Shown here one piece after another: positions 21,792-28,980 of a DNA stretch of 32,000 nucleotides. The position numbers were made by a program, and so were the translations under genes. Position 1 is the stretch's first letter. Every line of letters starts with the position of its first letter. This DNA is from an uncultured Terrimonas sp. (GTDB taxonomy: Bacteria; Bacteroidota; Bacteroidia; Chitinophagales; Chitinophagaceae): positions 112,420 through 144,419 of the forward strand of contig CAYUMH010000004.1 in assembly GCA_964445775.1 (NCBI GenBank). The letters run 5' to 3'. The notes under the pieces were generated by a model. It was not told the DNA's origin. It searched no databases and was given only the letters and a program-made list of their open reading frames with translations.

Positions 21792-24647
21792 CTACGCAAA
21801 CAGGTACGCAATATCCTCCTCCGACAGGTTTTGAATAAATCCATCGTCGGTGGAGATAAGGTCAGCTGAAAGTTTTTTCTTTTTGCTTTGTAACTGGATG
21901 ATCTTTTCCTCGATACTGTCCTTACAAATCATTTTGTAGGCAAATACACTCTTGGTCTGGCCAATACGGTGGGTACGGTCAATGGCCTGTTGCTGTACCG
22001 CCTCATTCCACCAGGGGTCAAAGAGAAATACATAATCTGCTGCGGTTAAGGTAATACCGGCATTGCCGGCTTTCAGGCTAATGAGGAAGAGGTTGGTATC
22101 ATTGTCTTCCTGCTGGAAAGCATTGACCATCTCCATTCTTTTTTCCGCCGGGGTTTGCCCGTCGAAATGGTAGTATTTGAGTTGTTTCTTTTTGGCCTGT
22201 TCTGCAATCAGGTTTAACATGCTGGTGAACTGTGAAAATACCAGCACTTTATGTTTTGCCAGTAAATTATCCAGCTCTTCAAACAGTACCTGCATTTTAA
22301 TAGATTCACTGGCAGTTCTATCCTCTTCGGGCAACAACAGGGGAGAGTTACATACCTGCCGTAATTTTAAAATACCCTGTATTACAGCCAGTTTGGCCTG
22401 CCCCACACCTTTTTGCTGGATATCAGTAAAGATATTGCCGCGTATCTGCTCCTTGATACTCTCGTACATATCCCGCTGGCTATTGCTCATTTCACACCAT
22501 AATACTGTTTCCGTTTTTTCGGGCAGGTCAGTAGCAACCTGCTCCTTGGTACGGCGTAATACAAAGGGCGCAATGATCTTTTGCAGGTATTGCATTTTCT
22601 CTTCATCGCCAAAACGGTCAATGGGATCGGCATATTCTTTTTTAAAGAACTCACGGTTGCCAAACATGCCGGGTAATACGGTGTTCAGCTGCGCATACAA
22701 ATCGAAGGTATTGTTCACTACCGGCGTACCGCTGAGGGCAAAACAGTAGGTTGACCATATTTCACCCACTGCCCGGGTAATTTGAGCCGAGGGGTTTTTA
22801 ATATTATGGCTTTCATCAATGATCATCACGCCAAACTGCAGGGCCTTTAGTTTTTCTATATCTGAACGCAGGGTGCCATAGCTGGTAATATAAACCTGTA
22901 CATTTTTATCCTGTAACACCGCATCATTTCGCTGGGCGCCATGGTGTACCGAAAGGTTTACATCCGGTAAAAACTTTTTAAACTCCTGTTCCCAGTTATA
23001 TACCAGGGAAGCCGGGCAGACAATGATATGTTGTTGTGCAGGGTGGGCTTCAATAATGGAAGCGATAAAGCAAATGGTCTGTAATGTTTTACCCAGGCCC
23101 ATATCGTCGGCCAGGCAACCACCGGCACCGGCATCGGATAGTAAACGCATCCACTCATATCCTTTTTGCTGGTAACTTCTCAGATCGGCCTGTATAGCGG
23201 CTGGTGCCGTGTATACTGTTTCACCTGCCAGCCAGGCCTGCCAGCGTTTCCACCAGCTGGTATAATTAATGGCGGGTTGTAAGGACAGGTTATCACCATC
23301 CTGTAAAGGAATAGCCAGCCAGCTGGCAATGGTGAGATCCTGTTTATTTACCTTCCCGTGTTTAATGAACGTGGCATACTGTTTATGCCAGTCATCGCCC
23401 AGTACACCCAGGCTGCCGTCCTTTAATAATACGGCTCTTTGACCGGCCAGTAATATTTTCTGCAGTTCGTTCAACGGTACGGTTTCGGTACCAAACTGTA
23501 GTACAAATTTGATACGGATAAACTGTTCCGTGGCTTCCAGCTGTTCCATGGTGGTAATGGCTTTATGGGTGGAGTAGCGGAAATGTTTCAGCATGTCCAT
23601 ACCCAGCAGGTCAATACCACTGGTCAGTAATTTATGATAGGCTTTTAAAAACCATTGTTTTTTTTGTGCTTCGGCAAAGGACAGGTAATAATAACCGTTT
23701 TTCTGGTCGGGAAATTTTGGGTGCAGTCCCTCCAGCAGGTCCAGTAATTGTTTTTCCTGTGTTTCATTACGGTTAATGGTCACCAGTTGTCCTTTTTCCG
23801 ATAATTCGGTTACAGGCTGCCAGGCTCCTTCCATAATATAACCATCATAGCTCCATTTTGGCGTAAGCATCAGGAAAGCGCCACTTAATTCACTCAACAC
23901 TACCTGGCCTACCGGCTCGGCCGTAATGGTGTTTTCGGTTTGCAGGCTATTGCGTTTAACCGGGTACTTGCCTTCCAGCTCCAGCAATATATACTGTATC
24001 AGGTCGGCAGGATTATAAGCATATTGTTCGGGTTGTTGCTGCCGCAGCCATTCCAGGGTCTGGTAATCACCGAAGTACAGCATGAAATACTCGTTACCGC
24101 TTTCCAGTAAAAAGTATTTGCGGGTAAAGCTGTCCAGCGCAAACGGGGTACCGTTAATATTTACCCAGGTGGTAAGATAATAACCGTCGTCCCTGGTATC
24201 CACTTCAAAACTTAACTGGGGCCGGTAGTTGCTGATGCTGCAGGGGGCTGTAAGCCAGCGTTTTTTATCCAGCAGTTCACGGGTATGGTACCATTTAACC
24301 AGGGGCATGAAGGGCTTGGCTTCCAGCAGCCGGTCATAATAATACTTTACCAGTTGCTGTTGCTGGAATTGCTGAAAGGGGAGGGGACTTTTTTGCAGGT
24401 TATACCGTTGTTTGATCTCGCTTACCGCTTTGTCCATATTATCGTCGCCAAAGCTGGCAAAAGCTTTCAGCGCTTCCTGTGGTAAATGGGCAAATTGCTG
24501 TTGTAAGCCTTTGTTTACAATGGCGTTGGAGGTATATACAGGAGGTTTGGACTCCTTATCCACCTTTAATAATTGTACAAATCCTTTCGGGGTATCAATT
24601 TTATGTGCAAACAGTACCAGTGCGTTATTCGTCTTATTACTCGCCAT
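21792..24647 (-). CDS. SNF2-family helicase/ATPase with ~480-aa uncharacterised N-terminal region
   Basis: 951 aa. SNF2_N motifs (LADDMGLGKTLQ, IIDESHNIKN, LSGTPVVNN, VLRRTK) and helicase-C motifs (LISLKAGNAGITLTAADYVFLFDPWWN, QAIDRTHRIGQ). Confidence 0.92.
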   Translation of the reverse strand: MASNKTNNALVLFAHKIDTPKGFVQLLKVDKESKPPVYTSNAIVNKGLQQQFAHLPQEALKAFASFGDDNMDKAVSEIKQRYNLQKSPLPFQQFQQQQLVKYYYDRLLEAKPFMPLVKWYHTRELLDKKRWLTAPCSISNYRPQLSFEVDTRDDGYYLTTWVNINGTPFALDSFTRKYFLLESGNEYFMLYFGDYQTLEWLRQQQPEQYAYNPADLIQYILLELEGKYPVKRNSLQTENTITAEPVGQVVLSELSGAFLMLTPKWSYDGYIMEGAWQPVTELSEKGQLVTINRNETQEKQLLDLLEGLHPKFPDQKNGYYYLSFAEAQKKQWFLKAYHKLLTSGIDLLGMDMLKHFRYSTHKAITTMEQLEATEQFIRIKFVLQFGTETVPLNELQKILLAGQRAVLLKDGSLGVLGDDWHKQYATFIKHGKVNKQDLTIASWLAIPLQDGDNLSLQPAINYTSWWKRWQAWLAGETVYTAPAAIQADLRSYQQKGYEWMRLLSDAGAGGCLADDMGLGKTLQTICFIASIIEAHPAQQHIIVCPASLVYNWEQEFKKFLPDVNLSVHHGAQRNDAVLQDKNVQVYITSYGTLRSDIEKLKALQFGVMIIDESHNIKNPSAQITRAVGEIWSTYCFALSGTPVVNNTFDLYAQLNTVLPGMFGNREFFKKEYADPIDRFGDEEKMQYLQKIIAPFVLRRTKEQVATDLPEKTETVLWCEMSNSQRDMYESIKEQIRGNIFTDIQQKGVGQAKLAVIQGILKLRQVCNSPLLLPEEDRTASESIKMQVLFEELDNLLAKHKVLVFSQFTSMLNLIAEQAKKKQLKYYHFDGQTPAEKRMEMVNAFQQEDNDTNLFLISLKAGNAGITLTAADYVFLFDPWWNEAVQQQAIDRTHRIGQTKSVFAYKMICKDSIEEKIIQLQSKKKKLSADLISTDDGFIQNLSEEDIAYLFA

Positions 24648-24826
24648 TACCTTCTCCTTATATAAAAATGGGTGGCAAACTTATAACAACCGGCCTGTAA
24701 TCGGAAATAATAATATCAACGCCCGGGCCTTAAATATTTAAAAAAATGATAATCGGTAGCCCGAATCCAGTGGGTTAGCATTATCTTCAGTCCACCTTAT
24801 CAACTGACAAATTCGAACTGTTTATT

Positions 24827-25345
24827 ATGATTATTCTTGAGACTGAACGATTGTATATCAGGGAATTTACTTATGATGATGCGCCTTTTATTATTGAATT
24901 GGTAAATAATCCCACCTGGCTTGAATTTATTGGCGATAGAAACGTGAATAACCTGGATGATGCCCACCGGTATATGCGGGATAAAATAATATACCTGTAC
25001 GAGCAATATGGGTATGGCCCCTGGTTGCTGGAAGATAAACACACCCATGAGTCCATCGGCATGTGCGGGCTCATTAACCGTGATTTTTTAAACGATACGG
25101 ATATTGGTTATGCATTGCTGCCGGGCTTTACGGGTAAGGGACTGGCTTTTGAAGCAGCCAAAGCGGTACTGGACTATGGTTACCGGGTGTTGCAACTGCC
25201 GGCCATTGTGGCTATTACCCTGCCTGCAAATACGGCTTCCATCAGGTTATTGCAAAAACTGGGTATGCAAAGCAACAGCAGTATACAGCCTCCGCAAAGC
25301 CCCAATACCCTTAGCCTGTTTGAGCCGGTAAAGATAAATAGCTGA
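24827..25345 (+). CDS. GNAT-family N-acetyltransferase (RimJ/RimL-like, Acetyltransf_3)
   Basis: 172 aa with the typical N-terminus (LETERLYIREFTYDDA) and an acetyl-CoA-binding motif-A-like segment (GFTGKGLAFEAAKAVLDYGY). Divergent from the SNF2 gene across a 179-bp gap. Confidence 0.88.
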   Translation: MIILETERLYIREFTYDDAPFIIELVNNPTWLEFIGDRNVNNLDDAHRYMRDKIIYLYEQYGYGPWLLEDKHTHESIGMCGLINRDFLNDTDIGYALLPGFTGKGLAFEAAKAVLDYGYRVLQLPAIVAITLPANTASIRLLQKLGMQSNSSIQPPQSPNTLSLFEPVKINS

Positions 25346-25532
25346 GTAAAACGGTTTTTTCTATAAAAACAGTAGGATAATGTGTTTACTGTTCTTATCT
25401 TAGGATGGCACTAACAACAAAATACAGGTGTTTTATAAAAAACTTACTATAATTTTTTGTTGAACCACTGTATTCGTTGTAATTTCATTTTTACTTCATT
25501 ACCTATCATTCCAACTAAAAAAACATTGATGT

Positions 25533-26201
25533 ATGGCAACAAAGAAAAAAGCCAAACCTTCACCTGCTAAAAAGAAAGCAGCTCCTAAAAAGGCTGTGAA
25601 AAAGGCAGCGCCCAAAAAAGCCGCTAAGAAGGCAGCTCCTAAAAAAGCTGTAAAAAAAGCCGCTCCCAAAAAAGTGGTTAAAAAAGCTGTGAAAAAGGCA
25701 GCGCCTAAAAAAACTGCGAAAAAAGCCGCTCCTAAAAAGGCAGCGAAAAAAGCTGCACCTAAAAAGGCGGTAAAAAAAGCAGTGAAAAAAGCGGCGAAGA
25801 AAGTTGTTGCCAAAAAGAAAATAGCCACTAAAAAAGCCGCCCCTAAAAAGGCAGCGAAAAAAGCTGCTCCCAAAAAAGCGGTGAAAAAAGCAGCTCCTAA
25901 AAAAGCTGTAAGTAAAGCCGCTCCTAAAAAAGTGGTGAAGAAAGCGGCACCCAAAAAAGCAGCGCCAAAGAAAGCAGCGCCTAAAAAAGCGGTGAAAAAA
26001 GCAGCGCCTGCAAAACCGGTTAAACAGCCCGAAGCAAAAGAGGTATTTGAACCTAAAATAGCTCCGGCCCCGGAGGTAACACCGGCTCCTGTTGAAGAAG
26101 CACCGGCTGAAAACCGTCCTGCGGTACAGACCGACCTGTTTGATGCACCCTCTTCTCCTGTAGCGGGCGAAGATGAAAAAACAGAAGAAGCGCCTTTGTA
26201 A
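25533..26201 (+). CDS. Histone H1-like lysine/alanine-rich DNA-binding protein with acidic, proline-rich tail
   Basis: 222 aa. Residues 1-164 are almost entirely K/A/P/V, with 14 AAPKK units in a KKAAPKKAx nonamer pattern. Residues 165-222 are acidic and proline-rich (PEAKEVFEPKIAPAPEVTPAPVEEAPAENRP...GEDEKTEEAPL). A strong terminator follows. The antisense ORF 25499-25954 (FFTAFLGAA repeats) is a shadow. Confidence 0.85.
   Translation: MATKKKAKPSPAKKKAAPKKAVKKAAPKKAAKKAAPKKAVKKAAPKKVVKKAVKKAAPKKTAKKAAPKKAAKKAAPKKAVKKAVKKAAKKVVAKKKIATKKAAPKKAAKKAAPKKAVKKAAPKKAVSKAAPKKVVKKAAPKKAAPKKAAPKKAVKKAAPAKPVKQPEAKEVFEPKIAPAPEVTPAPVEEAPAENRPAVQTDLFDAPSSPVAGEDEKTEEAPL
25563..26024 (+). repeat. In-frame ~27-nt tandem coding repeat (KKAAPKKAx units) inside the H1-like gene
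   Basis: Repeated aaa-aaa-gcN-gcN-ccN-aaa-aaR-gcN-gtN blocks are visible directly. The units differ mostly at synonymous third positions (gca/gcg/gcc/gct, cct/ccc). Confidence 0.8.
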
Positions 26202-26224
26202 AAGAGCTTAAATAATATGTAAAA

Positions 26225-26250
26225 GGCCCGGTGTACACCGGGCCTTTTTT
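26225..26250 (+). terminator. Rho-independent terminator, potentially bidirectional (H1-like gene / mgtE)
   Basis: ggcccggtg-ta-caccgggcc stem followed by tttttt and preceded by aaaa. It sits between the convergent H1-like gene (stop 26201) and mgtE (stop 26285). Confidence 0.75.
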
Positions 26251-26284
26251 GCTATAAAAAACTATTTGCTAAAGCATTATTGCC

Positions 26285-27679
26285 TTATAAAAGACTGCCG
26301 CTTAAAAACAGGTAAGCTACCGAAAAATAAATGATAAGCCCCGTTACATCTACCAGGGTAGCGACAAAGGGGGTACTGGAAGCTGCGGGGTCAGCACCCA
26401 GCCTTTTCAATAATAAAGGCAGCATTGAGCCCATTAAGGAGCCCCACATCACAATACCCAGCAGCGAGCAGCCAACGGTTAAACCAATTGACATATAATG
26501 AATGCCAAATGTTTCAGGCGATAATAGATGCCAGATATAAATAATGGTTATGCCAAGGGTACACAGGGTGGTACCGAGCATTAAACCGGAAAGAATTTCA
26601 CGGCGCATGATCCGCCACCAGTCGGCAATGGTCACTTCGCCCAGGGCCATGGCCTGTATAATAAGTGTAGACGCCTGCGAGCCGCTGTTACCGCCACTGG
26701 AAATGATCAGGGGAATAAAAGTAGCCAGTATTACCACTTTGGCAATTTCATCCTGGAACTGCTGCATGGCCGATATGGTGATGAGCTCGCCAAAGAAAAG
26801 GATGATCAGCCAGATGATCCTTTTCTTGTATAACCTGAACAAGGGGATTTCAATATAGGGCTCTTCCAGTGCAGCTGTACCACCCATTTTCTGCATATCC
26901 TCGGTAAACTCTTCCTCTGCTACCCATAAAATATCATCAATGGTTACAATGCCTAACAGTTTATTACTGCCGCTTACCACGGGCAGGGCCACCCGGTTAT
27001 TCATCTTAAACACTTCGCTTACCGTTTCCTGGTCATCTTCGGGGTGCAGGGCAATAAAACGGTCATCCATCAGCTCCGATACTTTTTTATCCGGCGGGTT
27101 CAGGATAAACTCATGAATGCGCAGGTCATCCAGCAGTTCGCCCTTTTTATTGATCACGTAAATAACGTTAATGGTCTCGCTATCCTTACCGTACTTCCTG
27201 ATGGTAGCAAATACTTCCTCAATGGTATTATCCGGGTACACATACACATAATCCGGCGTCATCAAACGGCCGATACTGTTCTCGGGATAACCCAATAGCG
27301 ATAAAGTAACCCTGCGTTCCTGTGGATCCAATAACTTGATCAGTTCCCGCACCGCATTACTGGGTAACTCTTCCAAAAAGTCGGTACGGTCATCCGCCGG
27401 CAATTCGTTCAGTAAAGAAGCAACCGTATTGGGAGGGAGGTCCTGGATAACGCTTTTCTGGGTGGTGATCTCCAGTATCTTAAATACACTGGCAGCACGA
27501 TGTACTGACATACCCGCAATGATACTGCTTTCATAATCAGGAAATTCGTACACCAGGTCAGCCACATCACTGATGTTCTGGTGGTTCAAAAACTCCTTAA
27601 TAGCCAGCTTGTCCTCCGTTTTAATAACGGCCTCAAACTGCTCTTTGATCGACAGATCGGTATCGTACATCTCGGACAT
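26285..27679 (-). CDS. mgtE: Magnesium transporter MgtE
   Basis: 464 aa with an MgtE N-domain (LLNELPADDRTDFLEELP), a CBS pair and a C-terminal TM domain carrying the signatures PLIISSGGNSGSQ and PFVATLVDVTGLIIYF. Confidence 0.93.
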   Translation of the reverse strand: MSEMYDTDLSIKEQFEAVIKTEDKLAIKEFLNHQNISDVADLVYEFPDYESSIIAGMSVHRAASVFKILEITTQKSVIQDLPPNTVASLLNELPADDRTDFLEELPSNAVRELIKLLDPQERRVTLSLLGYPENSIGRLMTPDYVYVYPDNTIEEVFATIRKYGKDSETINVIYVINKKGELLDDLRIHEFILNPPDKKVSELMDDRFIALHPEDDQETVSEVFKMNNRVALPVVSGSNKLLGIVTIDDILWVAEEEFTEDMQKMGGTAALEEPYIEIPLFRLYKKRIIWLIILFFGELITISAMQQFQDEIAKVVILATFIPLIISSGGNSGSQASTLIIQAMALGEVTIADWWRIMRREILSGLMLGTTLCTLGITIIYIWHLLSPETFGIHYMSIGLTVGCSLLGIVMWGSLMGSMLPLLLKRLGADPAASSTPFVATLVDVTGLIIYFSVAYLFLSGSLL

Positions 27680-27775
27680 GCCCCAAAATTAAGGGAATGC
27701 GGTCGGCATCAAATCCCCCGTTCATAAAAAAAAATGTAAACTTAACGCAAACGAAAAACCATTTACTTTGGGGCT

Positions 27776-28165
27776 ATGATTTTATCCAGTTTGTTTATTG
27801 CCCGTACTGACAATATGGGGCGGGGTGTTTTTACCAACCAGCCCATCGATGCCGGCGAAGTAATTGAAGTGTCACCGGTTATTGTAATGAGCCATGCCGA
27901 AAGGGAAAAGCTGGATGCCACCACCTTACACGATTATATATTTGAATGGGATGGTCATAACGGCTTGCAATGTTGTATGGCCATGGGCTGGGTACCCGTA
28001 TACAACCATTCCTATGCTGCTAACTGCGATTATGATATGGATTATGACGAAGAAAATATCATCATCAAAACCGTACGTCCCATACAGGCAGGTGAACAGT
28101 TATTTATTAACTACAATGGCGAGTGGAACGATGAGAAGCCGATCTGGTTTGATGTAGAAGTTTAA
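27776..28165 (+). CDS. SET-domain protein-lysine methyltransferase (minimal bacterial type)
   Basis: 129 aa with SET signatures GRGVFT (GxG), VYNHSYAANC (NHS motif) and AGEQLFINY (ELxxxY-type). Its stop codon lies within the first bases of inverted-repeat copy 2. Confidence 0.88.
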   Translation: MILSSLFIARTDNMGRGVFTNQPIDAGEVIEVSPVIVMSHAEREKLDATTLHDYIFEWDGHNGLQCCMAMGWVPVYNHSYAANCDYDMDYDEENIIIKTVRPIQAGEQLFINYNGEWNDEKPIWFDVEV

Positions 28166-28285
28166 AGTTTAAGGTTTTAAGTTTAAGGTTGTCGTGATGA
28201 AGGTTCAAGAGGTTCAACAGTTTAAGAGGTTCAAGGTTATCGTGCTGTAACAGGTTACCAATCTATATACTAAATACTACATACT
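28160..28285 (+). repeat. Copy 2 of the ~125-bp inverted repeat pair, starting at the SET stop codon
   Basis: See copy 1. gtttaaagtttaagg...aaggttgtcgtgatgaaggttcaag...ttcaaggttatcgtgctgtaacaggttacc...tatatactaaatactacatact. It has the same sense orientation relative to its upstream gene as copy 1. Confidence 0.85.
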
Positions 28286-28316
28286 ATTCATTGTTATTTG
28301 TCAACTGTCCATTGAA

Positions 28317-28961
28317 CTAAACGATCAGCTTATGTTCATACGCATACTTAATTAATCCTATCACAGAGTTGGTGCCGGTTTTGCGGAAGATATTCTTGCG
28401 GTGGGTTTCAACCGTACGTTCGCTGATGAATAAAGCATCGGCTATCTGGCGGTTATTGTATTCTTTTTCTATCAGGCGGGTGATCTCTATCTCTCTTTCT
28501 GTGAGGTGCATTTCGGGTAACTGTTTTTTACGGGTGCTGTTTTTATCCAGCTCGTTCAGCACATCTTCCTGGAAATACATACCGCCGGCAGCAATTTTTT
28601 CCAGGGCGGTTACCAGTTCCTGTTTGCCGATATTCTTTAACACATAACCCGATATATCGGCCTGGTTGATCATTTCATCTACCACATCGCCTGCACCGCT
28701 CATGGACAGTGCCAGTATTTTTACATGCGGGAATTTTTGTTTTACCAGCTTGGCCAGTTCATTACCCGGTAGCCCCGGCATCATTACATCCGTTAATAAA
28801 ATATCTACATGGTTCTGCGATAAGCGCTCTATCACTGTATTGGGGTCTGTGGTAGCAAAAACAAAATCATAACAATCATAACCCTTTAAAAGGGCCATAA
28901 TACCATCAATTACAATCTGGTGGTCATCTACAATGGCGAGGGCTATTTTGTCTGCTTTCAT
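28317..28961 (-). CDS. NarL/FixJ-family response regulator (REC + LuxR-type HTH)
   Basis: REC domain (IALAIVDDHQIVIDG, DILLTDVMMPG, KILALS) and a C-terminal HTH (LTEREIEITRLIEKEYNNRQIADALFISERTVETHRKNIFRK). The track start at 28976 is TTG, and ATG at 28961 gives MKADKIALAIVDDH. Confidence 0.9.
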   Translation of the reverse strand: MKADKIALAIVDDHQIVIDGIMALLKGYDCYDFVFATTDPNTVIERLSQNHVDILLTDVMMPGLPGNELAKLVKQKFPHVKILALSMSGAGDVVDEMINQADISGYVLKNIGKQELVTALEKIAAGGMYFQEDVLNELDKNSTRKKQLPEMHLTEREIEITRLIEKEYNNRQIADALFISERTVETHRKNIFRKTGTNSVIGLIKYAYEHKLIV

Positions 28962-28980
28962 GTGTGGTAATTGCAATGTA

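Noticed and set aside
21792-24647. SNF2 helicase as part of a phage-defence system (DISARM/BREX-like)
   Set aside because: None of the expected partners (DNA methyltransferase, DUF1998 helicase, PLD nuclease, PglZ and so on) are present in the neighbourhood. The flanking genes are a transporter and a GNAT.
24721-24741. Small palindromes gcccgggc and ttaaatatttaa in the SNF2/GNAT divergent promoter region
   Set aside because: They are short enough to occur by chance in an AT-rich intergenic region. With no second copy or flanking symmetry to support an operator call, I did not list them as features.
25499-25954. 151-aa minus-strand ORF with FFTAFLGAA repeats that looks like a polytopic membrane protein
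   Set aside because: It is the exact antisense of the lysine/alanine repeat gene: AAA/GCN codons read as TTT/NGC on the other strand. It has no independent start context, and the plus-strand gene has an ATG start and a strong terminator.
25563-26024. Possible CRISPR-like or satellite array suggested by the ~27-nt periodicity
   Set aside because: The repeats are contiguous with no unique spacers, in frame, and encode a coherent peptide repeat. No cas genes are present in the window.
27680-27775. M-box (ykoK-type) Mg2+ riboswitch upstream of mgtE
   Set aside because: The entire divergent intergenic region is only 96 bp, too short for a ~160-nt M-box plus promoter. I could not see the conserved M-box helices. 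A covariance-model scan (Rfam RF00380) would settle it.
21664-28285. Composite transposon or genomic island delimited by the inverted repeats
   Set aside because: No transposase, integrase or recombinase gene lies inside or next to the block. I found no direct target-site duplication flanking the outer repeat ends. The cargo includes the housekeeping gene mgtE. Inversion via an unlinked recombinase cannot be excluded, so it stays only as a minor alternative in the findings.
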